Assembly (NCBI GenBank): GCA_022705325.1
Contig: JAKJER010000006.1
Coordinates: 169,097 to 233,096, forward strand
Direction of reading: 5' to 3'
Length of the DNA stretch: 64,000 nucleotides
Origin: Planctomycetota bacterium
Lineage (GTDB): Bacteria; Planctomycetota; Phycisphaerae; SM23-33
Under the pieces are notes generated by a model that saw nothing but the letters and a program-made list of their open reading frames with translations, did no database searches and was not told where the DNA came from. Each line of letters starts with the position of its first letter. Within the stretch, counting starts at the first letter, position 1. Position numbers and translations under genes: made by a program. Of this stretch, positions 44,101 to 52,500 are shown one piece after another.

Positions 44101-44295
44101 GATGTATTCCTCCAGGCGGTCCTTGGTCTCCTCTCCGTGGAGCCAGAACAGCGGCCCGGTCAGCCGCCTGGCCTCCTGGGGCAGCTCGCGGAAGAGCTGC
44201 TCCATGCGGGCCATGTCGCCCTGGGGAAGCTGCTGGGCGAAGGCGAGCGAAGAAAAGAAGAAGAGGACGAGGGCAAGACAATGCGACGTTTTCAT
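41158..44295 (-). CDS. Large secreted glycoside hydrolase, putatively alpha-L-rhamnosidase-like (GH106-like), with C-terminal galactose-binding-like domains
   Basis: Signal peptide MKTSHCLALVLFFFSSLAFAQQ. It is about 1045 aa with no close family motif I can name with certainty. The rhamnosidase suggestion comes from the adjacent RhaT symporter and overall architecture. Confidence 0.45.
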   Translation of the reverse strand: MKTSHCLALVLFFFSSLAFAQQLPQGDMARMEQLFRELPQEARRLTGPLFWLHGEETKDRLEEYIAKTAEAGNGSFTAESRPHRDWLGEGWYRDLGICLEAARKNNMEMWIFDEKWWPSQMIGGLVPAQYATKVLVAEAVDVEGPKAYEADGFVGERYVAAVAGKVVDGGAIDGESLVDLAGHIRDGALRWQAPAGAWKVIKFTHKQGPGLGQGNKPSIDGASQDCVDYFIQTVYQPHWDRFKDDFGKTIPGFFYDEPETRGDWGTELNKVLAEWKVDWKKAYVAHKFKLAGEDDAAAKFQYVDAFAEAWGRTMYGTMSRWCQEHKVKSMGHFMEHGYLYLHPQFCAGDMMRLEKYSDMGGIDLVCRQMYPGQRPRDIYQTPKLGSSITHAFGKADDITMCEIFGGYNQELTYSQMKWLTDQMQVRGVNFLIQHSFNPKAPYDRDYPPYFYNSGFEPRFPLHRAWTDYTSRLALLLSGGRHVCPVAILFSGNLKRVGRMTTPEDITSSLQDVLFDSDWLPMEAFASDTCTIADKAVRLHQERYRVVVLPGVEVIPHEVLARLKAFFDAGGIVIACGELPTRSATVGKTAADIAALRAAVWGETPQVGTKACKTSPAGGRAYLLAEKPAPADFAAALTGDAALHPTLEVLQGETNNWLHVLHRVKSGRDVFLVCNQNHEGPARSFRFRVTAAGTPEIWDAMRNEITSVPFERKGDAVELELTLEANESVLIVFREQARPLPARLPAQLQAARPPIEVVRQPTPESMIVPSGPPEQAPASGGRRLSVKSGSWIWHKSGEDKAAVRYFRGRLDLPEGRPVKSATAAITCDNLAVLHVNGKKAGKTDDELNAGWRNVQQVDLTGLLKAGPNVLAVRGENFDSQTANPCGMIAVIRVEFERGQPLVVCTDASWKSCDKEVPGWTAPEFDDSSWTAAKVLAKYGGGPWGDFEGKGGGARRLTRSPAVSDPFVGTVELPAEVDLKTARVYLEMDELPDTAAAVRVNGQFAGGCIGLPARVNVTAQLRAGKNAVVILPQAPKAARLVVVPGRP

Positions 44296-44316
44296 AGTCT
44301 CTCCTTGAAGCAATTC

Positions 44317-44418
44317 TCGATTGTCGATTTGCGATTGTCGATTGACCCACCCGTCTTGGCAGGCCCTGCTCAAATCGACAATCGAAAACCTGCCGGCAGG
44401 CAGGTCGACAATCGTCAA
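44317..44418. repeat. REP-like element: heptamer array 4 x TCGATTG-type, inverted copies (AATCGAC AATCGAA … TCGACAA TCGTCAA) and the 23-nt core AACCTGCCGGCAGGCAGGTCGAC (44387-44409)
   Basis: CGATTGTCGATTTG (44316-44329) is the exact reverse complement of CAAATCGACAATCG (44371-44384). The core is identical to 58063-58085. It sits between the URO-D-family stop and the GH106-like start. Confidence 0.75.
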
Positions 44419-45581
44419 TACCATCCGTACTCGTACGCCGCGTCGTACATCGCGACGATGTTCTCAGGCGGCACGCCGGCCTGGATGTTGTGGACGTTGT
44501 TGAACACGTACCCGCCGCCGGGCTTGAACAGCTCGATGTTGCGCCGGACGTGCTCGCGGACCTGGTCCGGCGTGGCCCTCGGCAGGACGCGCTGCGCGTC
44601 GATCGCCCCGCCCCAGAACGTCAGGCGCTCGCCGAACTCCCGCTTGAGCCGCCCCGGGTCCATGTCGGCGGCGCTGATCTGCACCGGGTTGAGGATGTCG
44701 ACGCCGTTGTCGACCAGGTCGCCGATGTACTCGGTGCAGTTGCCGCACGTGTGGTACCAGATCTTCGCCTTCGTCCGCGAGCGGATGTACTGCACGAGTC
44801 GTTTGTGGCGCGGCTTCACGAGCTGACGGTAGAGCGCCGGGCGGAACAGGGGCCCCTGCTGCCCGGCCAGGTCGTCGCCGATCATGATCACGTCCACCAC
44901 GTCGCCGACCTCGTCCAGGAACACCCGGAACCAGTCCATCCAGAACTTGAGCGTCTGGTCCAGCACCGCCTGGCAGAACTCCGGCTCGGTCATCAGGTCC
45001 ACGTACCACTGTTCCAGGCCGCGCATGTACCAGCAGACCTCGTACACCACGCCGCAGATGCCGCTGACCACGGCGTAGGGCGTGTGGTTCTTCAGTTCCA
45101 GGGCCCGCTCGCGCAGGCCCACGAACCGCCCCGGGTCGTCGCCCCTGGGGAACGGGTAGGCCTTCACGTCCTCGATGGTCGCGTTGGCCAGCGGGTGGTG
45201 CGTGATGTCCATGTACAGCCCGTCCTCGGCCGGCATGGACCAGCGGACGCCGAACTCGTCGACCAGGTCGAACCACCGCCTCCCATCGTGCTCGCCCTCG
45301 ACGATGCCGCCCTTCCAGTCGCCCGCCGCCCCGGCCGCGATGTACCGCGTGTCCACGCGGAATCGCTGGAGGAGTTCCTCGCTGGGCTTGGCGAGTTGCT
45401 GGACGGCGTCCATGATCTCGACCGGGCCGTTCATCCCCAGGTGCCGGATCAGCTCGCGGTAGGCGTCGCGATGGATGCCTGTCTGGTTGCCGCCCAGGTC
45501 GATGGGCACGCGGTCCGGCTGCTTGTGGTCCAGGGCGGTCAGGACGCGCTGGCGGGGTGTCATGGTCTCGGTGCGGCTCAT
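44415..45581 (-). CDS. Uroporphyrinogen-decarboxylase (URO-D)/MtaA-CmuA-family protein
   Basis: 388 aa; …TPRQRVLTALDHKQPDRVPIDLGG… plus a TIM-barrel-length body typical of PF01208 members. GGAG RBS. Its start overlaps the rhaT stop by 4 nt. Confidence 0.6.
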   Translation of the reverse strand: MSRTETMTPRQRVLTALDHKQPDRVPIDLGGNQTGIHRDAYRELIRHLGMNGPVEIMDAVQQLAKPSEELLQRFRVDTRYIAAGAAGDWKGGIVEGEHDGRRWFDLVDEFGVRWSMPAEDGLYMDITHHPLANATIEDVKAYPFPRGDDPGRFVGLRERALELKNHTPYAVVSGICGVVYEVCWYMRGLEQWYVDLMTEPEFCQAVLDQTLKFWMDWFRVFLDEVGDVVDVIMIGDDLAGQQGPLFRPALYRQLVKPRHKRLVQYIRSRTKAKIWYHTCGNCTEYIGDLVDNGVDILNPVQISAADMDPGRLKREFGERLTFWGGAIDAQRVLPRATPDQVREHVRRNIELFKPGGGYVFNNVHNIQAGVPPENIVAMYDAAYEYGWY

Positions 45582-46714
45582 TGGATCTCCTTTGCGGTCT
45601 GTGTCTGGGCAGCCTTGGCCGCCTCCGCATCCACCGTCCGGCGGTCCGTGCCGTAGCCGATCACGGCCATCGACAGCACCAGCAGGGCCAGGCCAACGGC
45701 GACAAGCTTCTTCGTGCGTCTGCTCGTGCCATGCCATTCCTTCAGCCCCAGGCCCCAGAACGTGCTGAAGATGATGATGCTGCCCATGTGCAGCGACCAG
45801 CTCGAAAAGCCGTACTTGCCCATCTTGGTCGCGCCCATGCCGTAGAAGAAGAACTGGAGATACCACATCGTGCCGGCCAGGGCGCAGAGGGCGTAGTTGA
45901 CCACAACCGAAGCGAGCGTGCCGGCCGGCTCACCCGCGGAGGCCGGCAGGCAGCCCCGCCCGACATATTGGCCCCACGACTTGTTTCGGATGTTGAGGAT
46001 GACGCACCAGATGAAGTTGGTCGTGAACCCGCCGGCCATGATGACCACCCAGACGGGTTGGTTCTTCCACAGATCCGGGGTGTTGTTCGCGACCGCCAGC
46101 TTCGCGATGTCCTCGCCGGCGCTGAACCCGTACGACATCGAGGCGCTCATCACGCCGGCGAAGACGGCGACCAGGAGGCCCTTGACCAGATTGAACTCGC
46201 GGACCGACTCCTTCTTCTTCTCCGGGCTCAGTTCCCGTTCCTTGCTGATGCCCGCCAGCCCGCTGCCCGCGATCCCGACCAGGCACACCAGGACTCCCGC
46301 CAGTTCGATCTGGCCGCCCAGGCTGGTCGCGATCTGCCCGAACTCGCCCTTGAAGATGGGCGGCACGAGCGTGCCGAAGAGCGCGCATAATCCCAGGGCG
46401 ACCGCATAGCCCAGCGCGATGCCCAGGTAGCGCATGGTCAGCCCGAACGTCAGCCCGCCGATCCCCCACAGCACGCCGAAGAAGTAGGTCCAGAACAATG
46501 TCTTGGGCGGGGTCTGCGCCAGGACCTCCAGACCCTTGGGCGCCAGCAGGAGCATCAGCACCCAGGGGGCGACGATCCAGGCGAAGAAGCCGCCTGCCAG
46601 CCAGTAGGTCTCCCACGACCATCTGCGGACGCGCTTGTAGGGGATGTAGAAGCTCGCCGAAGCAAGTCCACCGATCGCGTGCAGCATGACGCCCAGGGCC
46701 GGGTTGGCCTCCAT
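45578..46714 (-). CDS. rhaT: L-rhamnose-proton symporter
   Basis: Strong similarity to the E. coli RhaT pattern: …GGLASASFYIPYKRVRRWSWETYWLAGGFFAWIVAPW…GLTMRYLG…MWYLQFFFYGMGA…LKEW…; 10 TM helices. Confidence 0.85.
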   Translation of the reverse strand: MEANPALGVMLHAIGGLASASFYIPYKRVRRWSWETYWLAGGFFAWIVAPWVLMLLLAPKGLEVLAQTPPKTLFWTYFFGVLWGIGGLTFGLTMRYLGIALGYAVALGLCALFGTLVPPIFKGEFGQIATSLGGQIELAGVLVCLVGIAGSGLAGISKERELSPEKKKESVREFNLVKGLLVAVFAGVMSASMSYGFSAGEDIAKLAVANNTPDLWKNQPVWVVIMAGGFTTNFIWCVILNIRNKSWGQYVGRGCLPASAGEPAGTLASVVVNYALCALAGTMWYLQFFFYGMGATKMGKYGFSSWSLHMGSIIIFSTFWGLGLKEWHGTSRRTKKLVAVGLALLVLSMAVIGYGTDRRTVDAEAAKAAQTQTAKEIQ

Positions 46715-46807
46715 ATGCGGTCCTTTCTCTGTTACACGACTGGTGAATGTGGATTGTCGTTTCGCCCTGGGCGGTTGTCAACCGACTGGCGGCCCGCGGC
46801 CGCATCC

Positions 46808-49300
46808 TCACCCGCCTTGCAGGGCGCGCAGTTGTGCCTGGAGCCTGGCCCGCTCCTGCGGCGGCAGCGACGGACGCAGCAGCGCCTGGCGATAGACCTG
46901 GGCGGCCTCCTGCTTCTTGCCCGCCCGGGCGTAGAGGTCACCCAGCAGGTGATAAGCGTCGAGGTACTCCGGATGCCGCCCCAGCAGGTCCCTCAGCCGC
47001 TCGGCGGCCTCGCTCGTCTGCCCCGCCTCGACCAGCAGGAACGCCAGCGTGTAGGCGTAGCGCGGCTCGTCTTGTCGCAGGGCGGCGGCCTTGCGGCACC
47101 ACTCGATCGCCTCGGCGGGCCGGTCCTTCGAGATCAGCACGCCCAGGTTGAAGGCCGCCTGGGCCATGGTCGGCTCGGCCTGCAGGGCGGCCCGGAGGTG
47201 CTGCTCGGCCTGCTCGTTCTTGCCCTGCTCAGCCCGCAGGAGGGCCAGATTGAACAGGGCGGCTGCGTTCTTCGGCTGGATCGCCACCGCCTTGGCCAGG
47301 GCCTGGTCGGCCTGCTCGGTGCGCCCCAGGCGGGCCTGGACGATGGCGGCATTCACCAGCGGCTGGACGGCGTCCGGGCGGAATCGCGCCGCCAGGTCGT
47401 ACGCGGTCAGGGCCTCTTCCAGCCGCCCCAGGTCGCTGAAAAGGTTGCCCAGGTTGTACTGCGAGGCCCAGTCGTCGCTGCGGGCCCGCAGCGAAGCCTC
47501 CAGTTCCTTCAGGGCGGCCGACACGCGCGTGCGGTCGGCGGGCGGCAACGACGTCGGGGGCAGGCCCGCCAGGACCGAGGCGGCCCGGATGCGGACCAGG
47601 CGGAAGTCGTCGCCGGTCGCCCGCACCAGGGCTGACACGACTTTCGGATCGCCCGAGGCCCCCACTCCCATGGCCGCCGACGCCCGCACCAGCGGCGAGC
47701 GGTCCTTGATCGCCTCCAACAGCACGGGCAGCTTGTCGTCGCTGGAACATGTCGCCATCAGGCGGGCCAGCGAGGAGGCGACGATCCGGTCCCGGCCGGG
47801 GCCGATCAACTCCTCGCCCATCTGCCCCAGTTGGGTCCAGTCGCAGCGTCGGGCGGCGGCGACCAGGGCGGCGCGGCGCAGGACCGGGGCCTGGTAGTCG
47901 TCCTTGTGCCACTTGCGCACGTGCTCGTCGGCCCAGGCGGGTCCTTCCTTGGCGTGGCAGATGGTGCAGGCGTTGGGCGACTTGTGGGCCAGGGTCGCCG
48001 CCGGCGTGGGCGGGAGCATGGAGTGGTCGCTACGGCGCATGCGGGCGAAGTCGGTCATGGGCATGTGGCAGTCGACGCACCGCCCGCCGGGCGTGCCCGC
48101 CTTGTGTCGCGTGTGGGCGGGCGCGGCGGCCACCCGCTCGGCGTGGCAGGGCAGACAGGCGTCGTTGGCCTTGTCGCCCTGGAAGCGATATCGCCCGCTG
48201 GAGGTGTGGCAGTGCAGGCAGCTCAGCTTGCCGGAGAGCCCGCACGGGCTGCGCAGCCAGCTCGTGAACGTGTAGTTCTCGCCCAGGTCGCGCCCGTCGA
48301 CGTGGTAGTCGAGGCTCTCGTAGGTGGTCAGGTCGAAGTGGTCGAAGAACCGCCCGCCGGGCTGGAAGGCGTGGGTGATGTGCCCCGCCTTGGCGTGGCA
48401 ACTCGCGCAGGCGTCGTTCTGCTGGGTGACGCTGAACTTGAGAGGGCTGACGATCTGGGGATCGGCGGGCTTTTGCCCGGGCGCAAGGGAGCGGCACAGG
48501 CGGACGTGCTCGCCGGCCGGGCCGTGACACGTCTCGCAGTTGATGCCCGCCTCGGACCAGGTCGTGCGGTACGTGTCGCTGGCCAGGTCGTAGTTGGTGA
48601 GGATCTGGCTGACGTGGCAGCCGTGGCAGGACGTGTTGAACGTGTACATCGGGTCGCGCCAGTCCAGGGCCTGGTCGGATGCCCCCGGAAAGTGGCGGAT
48701 GGCGCTGGCGGCCGTGTCAAACCACTGCTTGTGCCGCATGTCGTAGGCCAGGGGCAGCACCTGGAGACGCCCCCGCGTCCAGGGCGTAAGGAAGTAGTAG
48801 ACGTTCTTGCCGCCCATCACGTGCGCGATGGGATACCGCTTCGCCCCCTCGGGGCCTTCCTCCTGGATGAACCCCTCGCCTTCACCGACGTGGGCGGTGT
48901 ACTTGACCTTCGTCACCTCGATCGGCGGGCACGGCTCCGTCAGGTCGCGCCGGGCCAGGTCAGCCGAGAACGGCTGCATCGCCAGCCCGTGGCGGGATGT
49001 GCTCCACTTGTCGTGGAAGACCTTGTGGCACTCGACGCAGACGGCCGACGCGACCGACGCCGGGGACGCAGGCAGAGACGACCCAGCCGGCGCCGAATCG
49101 GGAGCAGCCCGGTCGCTCTCCGCCTGGGGAGACGAGATCGTCTTCCCCGACGGCCGGGCCGATTGCGTGAGCACCCATACCGACAGCCCTGCCAGGGCCG
49201 CCGCCGCCAGCGCAAGCAAGACAACGCCCCTGGTCCCGCCCGAGCAACGCGGGCCGAACGCGGCGGACGGATCGTTCGCGGCCTTGTTCCTAGACCTCAT
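46808..49300 (-). CDS. Membrane-anchored multihaem cytochrome c (8 CxxCH) with C-terminal HEAT and TPR repeats
   Basis: CVECH, CHGCH, CETCH, CASCH, CLHCH, CLPCH, CVDCH and CTICH motifs, followed by HEAT-like and TPR repeats (…AYDLAARFRPDAVQPLVNAAIVQARLGR…). Start trimmed to MRSRNKAANDP… with a signal-anchor. Confidence 0.75.
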   Translation of the reverse strand: MRSRNKAANDPSAAFGPRCSGGTRGVVLLALAAAALAGLSVWVLTQSARPSGKTISSPQAESDRAAPDSAPAGSSLPASPASVASAVCVECHKVFHDKWSTSRHGLAMQPFSADLARRDLTEPCPPIEVTKVKYTAHVGEGEGFIQEEGPEGAKRYPIAHVMGGKNVYYFLTPWTRGRLQVLPLAYDMRHKQWFDTAASAIRHFPGASDQALDWRDPMYTFNTSCHGCHVSQILTNYDLASDTYRTTWSEAGINCETCHGPAGEHVRLCRSLAPGQKPADPQIVSPLKFSVTQQNDACASCHAKAGHITHAFQPGGRFFDHFDLTTYESLDYHVDGRDLGENYTFTSWLRSPCGLSGKLSCLHCHTSSGRYRFQGDKANDACLPCHAERVAAAPAHTRHKAGTPGGRCVDCHMPMTDFARMRRSDHSMLPPTPAATLAHKSPNACTICHAKEGPAWADEHVRKWHKDDYQAPVLRRAALVAAARRCDWTQLGQMGEELIGPGRDRIVASSLARLMATCSSDDKLPVLLEAIKDRSPLVRASAAMGVGASGDPKVVSALVRATGDDFRLVRIRAASVLAGLPPTSLPPADRTRVSAALKELEASLRARSDDWASQYNLGNLFSDLGRLEEALTAYDLAARFRPDAVQPLVNAAIVQARLGRTEQADQALAKAVAIQPKNAAALFNLALLRAEQGKNEQAEQHLRAALQAEPTMAQAAFNLGVLISKDRPAEAIEWCRKAAALRQDEPRYAYTLAFLLVEAGQTSEAAERLRDLLGRHPEYLDAYHLLGDLYARAGKKQEAAQVYRQALLRPSLPPQERARLQAQLRALQGG

Positions 49301-49509
49301 GTGCCGCCTACTGTACCGCGTACGCGGGACGGAATGCCTGTCTTTTTTTGACTCGCCGGGCGGTCGTACGCCTTGGGATCGTGCGAAATATACAGCCTGC
49401 GAGACCCTCGCAGGGACCCGGCAGCCCGTGCGGCCTTGCTCATTCTTCCCATGCTTCCCATCCGTCTGCGTGGTACACTTTGCCCCTTGCACAACAGAGA
49501 AAGGCATTC

Positions 49510-52500
49510 ATGCGGGACCATCGGTTGACGTGGATACTGTTTCTGCCGGCCCTTTGGGCCGGTGCGTGTCGTGCGGAGACTGGAGAGGCGGACCTGGTGC
49601 TCGTTTCGACCGCGGCCTCGCCGCGCGTGGCCTACGCACTGGACCGCGGAGGCGGCGCCCTGGAAGCGGTGGTGGCGGTGGACTGGTTCCGCCCGGACGT
49701 CGACGAGGGCGTGGCCGTCGAACTGGGCCTGGCCGCCGACCGCGAAGTGCGGCTGGGCGGCACCGACGCCCGCGTCCGCAAGGCGGATGGCCGAACGTTC
49801 TTCGCCTTCACCGTGCCGGCGGACAAACTGGTGGCCGGCCCGGCCGGGTGGGACCGCCTGCGGATGGCCTTGGCCGTCGAGTGGTCCGGCGGGCCGAACG
49901 GCCTGCCCCGTCAGCGGGAGTCGTTCCTCCAGGGCGCCGCGCTGGCTCCTCATGCCGGCCTGGCCTCGACCGACCGCTGGCAGCCGATCCACCTGGGCGA
50001 GTTCGAGAAGATGCTCGCCGACCGGCGTCTCCAGATCGCCTTCACCCTCGATCAGCCGGTGGAAGGCAAGGCGACGGTCGTCATCGAAGACGAGCGGGGC
50101 AATCGCGTGCGGAACCTGATGGGCGGACGGACGATGGCCAAGGGCCCCCACCGCATCGTCTGGGACGCTGCCGACGACGCCGGGCGCATCCAGCCCCCCG
50201 GCCGCTACCGCTGGCGGGCCCTGGCCCACCCGGGCCTGAGGCCCCGGTACGTCATGTCCTTCTGCGACGGGCCCGGATCGAACCACGGCACGTTCCACGC
50301 CGCCGCCACCAACGGCAAGTGCCTGTTCTTCGGCACGCCGGTCTCCGAGGGCGGCTACCAGCTCGTGCAGCTCGATCCGGACGGCCGCATGGTCCGCGGC
50401 TTCAACGCCCCGCACGGCACGGGCCTCAATCGCGTCGCCCTGGCCGCCGACGACAAGTCCCTCTACGCCGCCTACGACGGCAGCTTCTGGGGCCAGCACG
50501 TCGACCGCTCCAAGCCCAACTGGCAGGCGGAGTACAAAATCACGCTGCTGCGGGTCGACCTGGCCGCCGGGGCGTTCAAGGAGTACGGCAAATCGCGATC
50601 CGCCGAGATCCGCCGCTACAGCGTCGGCCCGGGCTCGCCCGACAAGCGGCTCGACCGCCTGGCCCTGGCAGGGTTGGCGCTGCTGAGCGGCAAGCTGTAC
50701 CTGGCCGACGCGGGCGAGAACGCGGTGCTCGTGATCGATCCGGCCACGGGCGCCGTCGAGCGGACGTTCGGCCTGCCTGACCCGGTTGCCCTGGCAGCCG
50801 GCAGGGACAGGCTCTTCGCCCTTTCCGGGTCGAAACTGGTCGAGTTGGACGCGTCCAAGGGAAGCCTCAGCCGAGAGATCGCCACGCTCCCGGGCAGGCC
50901 CGCGGGTCTGGCCGTCGCGACGGAGGGGCGCTTCTTCGTCAGCGACGCCGAGTCGCACACCGTCCGTGTCTTCGACTCCGCCGGAAAGCAGACGGCCGCA
51001 GTCGGCCTGGCCGGCGGGATCAAGAGCGGGCCCTACGACCCGCGCCGGCTGGACAACCCAGCCGGGCTCGTACTCTCGCCGGACGGGCATCTGTGGATCA
51101 CCGAATCGGGTCGCTGGACGCCCAAGCGGCTGGCGGCGTTCGACATCGCGAGCGGCAACGTCTGGAAGGAGTTCTTCGGCCCCACCTCCTACGGGGCGTC
51201 CGGGGCCGGTTTCGACCCCACCGACGCCTCGCGCTGGTTCGGCCAGGGGACGCTGTTCAAGCTGGACATGACCGCCGGGACCGCCCAGCCGCTGGCGATC
51301 CTGGGCGGCAAGGAAGGGCGGAGCTATCGCTACTGGCGACAGGATGGACGGACCTTCGTCATCGCGTGCGGCAAGGCGACGTGGATCCAGGAGCTGCGGA
51401 GCGACAACACGCTCAAGCCGCTCGCGATGGTCAGCTCGGCCCACCAGTTCGCCTACGCCTGCGACTGGAAACCGCCCGAGGCGTTCGTTGAGGCCTTCCG
51501 GCGGGCCTACCCCGACAAGAAGTACACCCGCGGGACCTCGGGCCAGCCGACCCACGGCTTTGGGATGATGTGGGTGGACCGCAGCGGCGACGGGGAACTC
51601 CAGGCCGACGAGATCGAGTTCTCGACCGCGGCCGACAACTTCGGCGGCTCGGGGTGGGGACACGACTTCCACGACCTCACGCTCCGCGTGGCGGGCAAGG
51701 TGGACGGCAAGACGGTGCTGGTGACACTGAAACCCGACGGCTGGCATCCGTCCGGCGCGCCCAGGTACCCCGCCCTGAACGACGCAGTGAAGGCCGGCGT
51801 ACCCATCGACCTGACCCACTGCAACGTGGAAAGCACGACCGATCGTTTCGGCAACGTGATCGTCAACAGCGACCCGGTGATGAAGGCGTTCGCTCCGGAC
51901 GGCCGGCTGCTGTGGACCTATCCCAACCGCTGGTCGAACGTGCACGGCTCGCACCGGGCCCCGCTGCCCAGCGCGGGCGAGTTGCAGGGCGTGCTGTTCT
52001 TCACGGGCGCGGCCCCGCTGGACGAGCGGTCGGACGTGGTGGCGATGAACGGCAACCACGGGCGGGCGTTCTTCATGACCAGCGACGGGCTGTACGTCGA
52101 CGAGATGTTCCCGGACGTCCGCCTGATGAGCAACCCGCAGGCCGGGGGCGTGGGCATCCTGGGCGGCGAGTGTTTCGGCGGGGCCTTCGGCCGCGACGAG
52201 AAGTCGGGAACCTGTTACTACCAGGGCGGCGGGATCGAGTACCGCATCTACCGCGTGGAAGGGCTGGACCGGGTGGCGCGAAGCGGCGGCGAGTTGACCG
52301 TCAGCGCCGAGCAGGTGACAGCCGCCGAACGCAACCAGGTCCGCCAGGCCGCCGCAGCAGCCGCCCCGGCCAAGGCGACCATCCGCTATCTGGCCACGCC
52401 GCCCGCCATCGACGGCAAGCTGGAGGACTGGCCCGGCGAGCCGGCGGCGAGTTGGAACCGCGGCGAGCGGTTCCCCGTCAGCGTCCGGGCCGGTCACGAC

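Noticed and set aside
41104-44826. 1240-aa + ORF and 1140-aa minus ORF (49297-52719)
   Set aside because: They are antisense shadows of the GH106-like gene and of the secreted beta-propeller gene respectively, with no domains. The sense frames have signal peptides and structured repeats.
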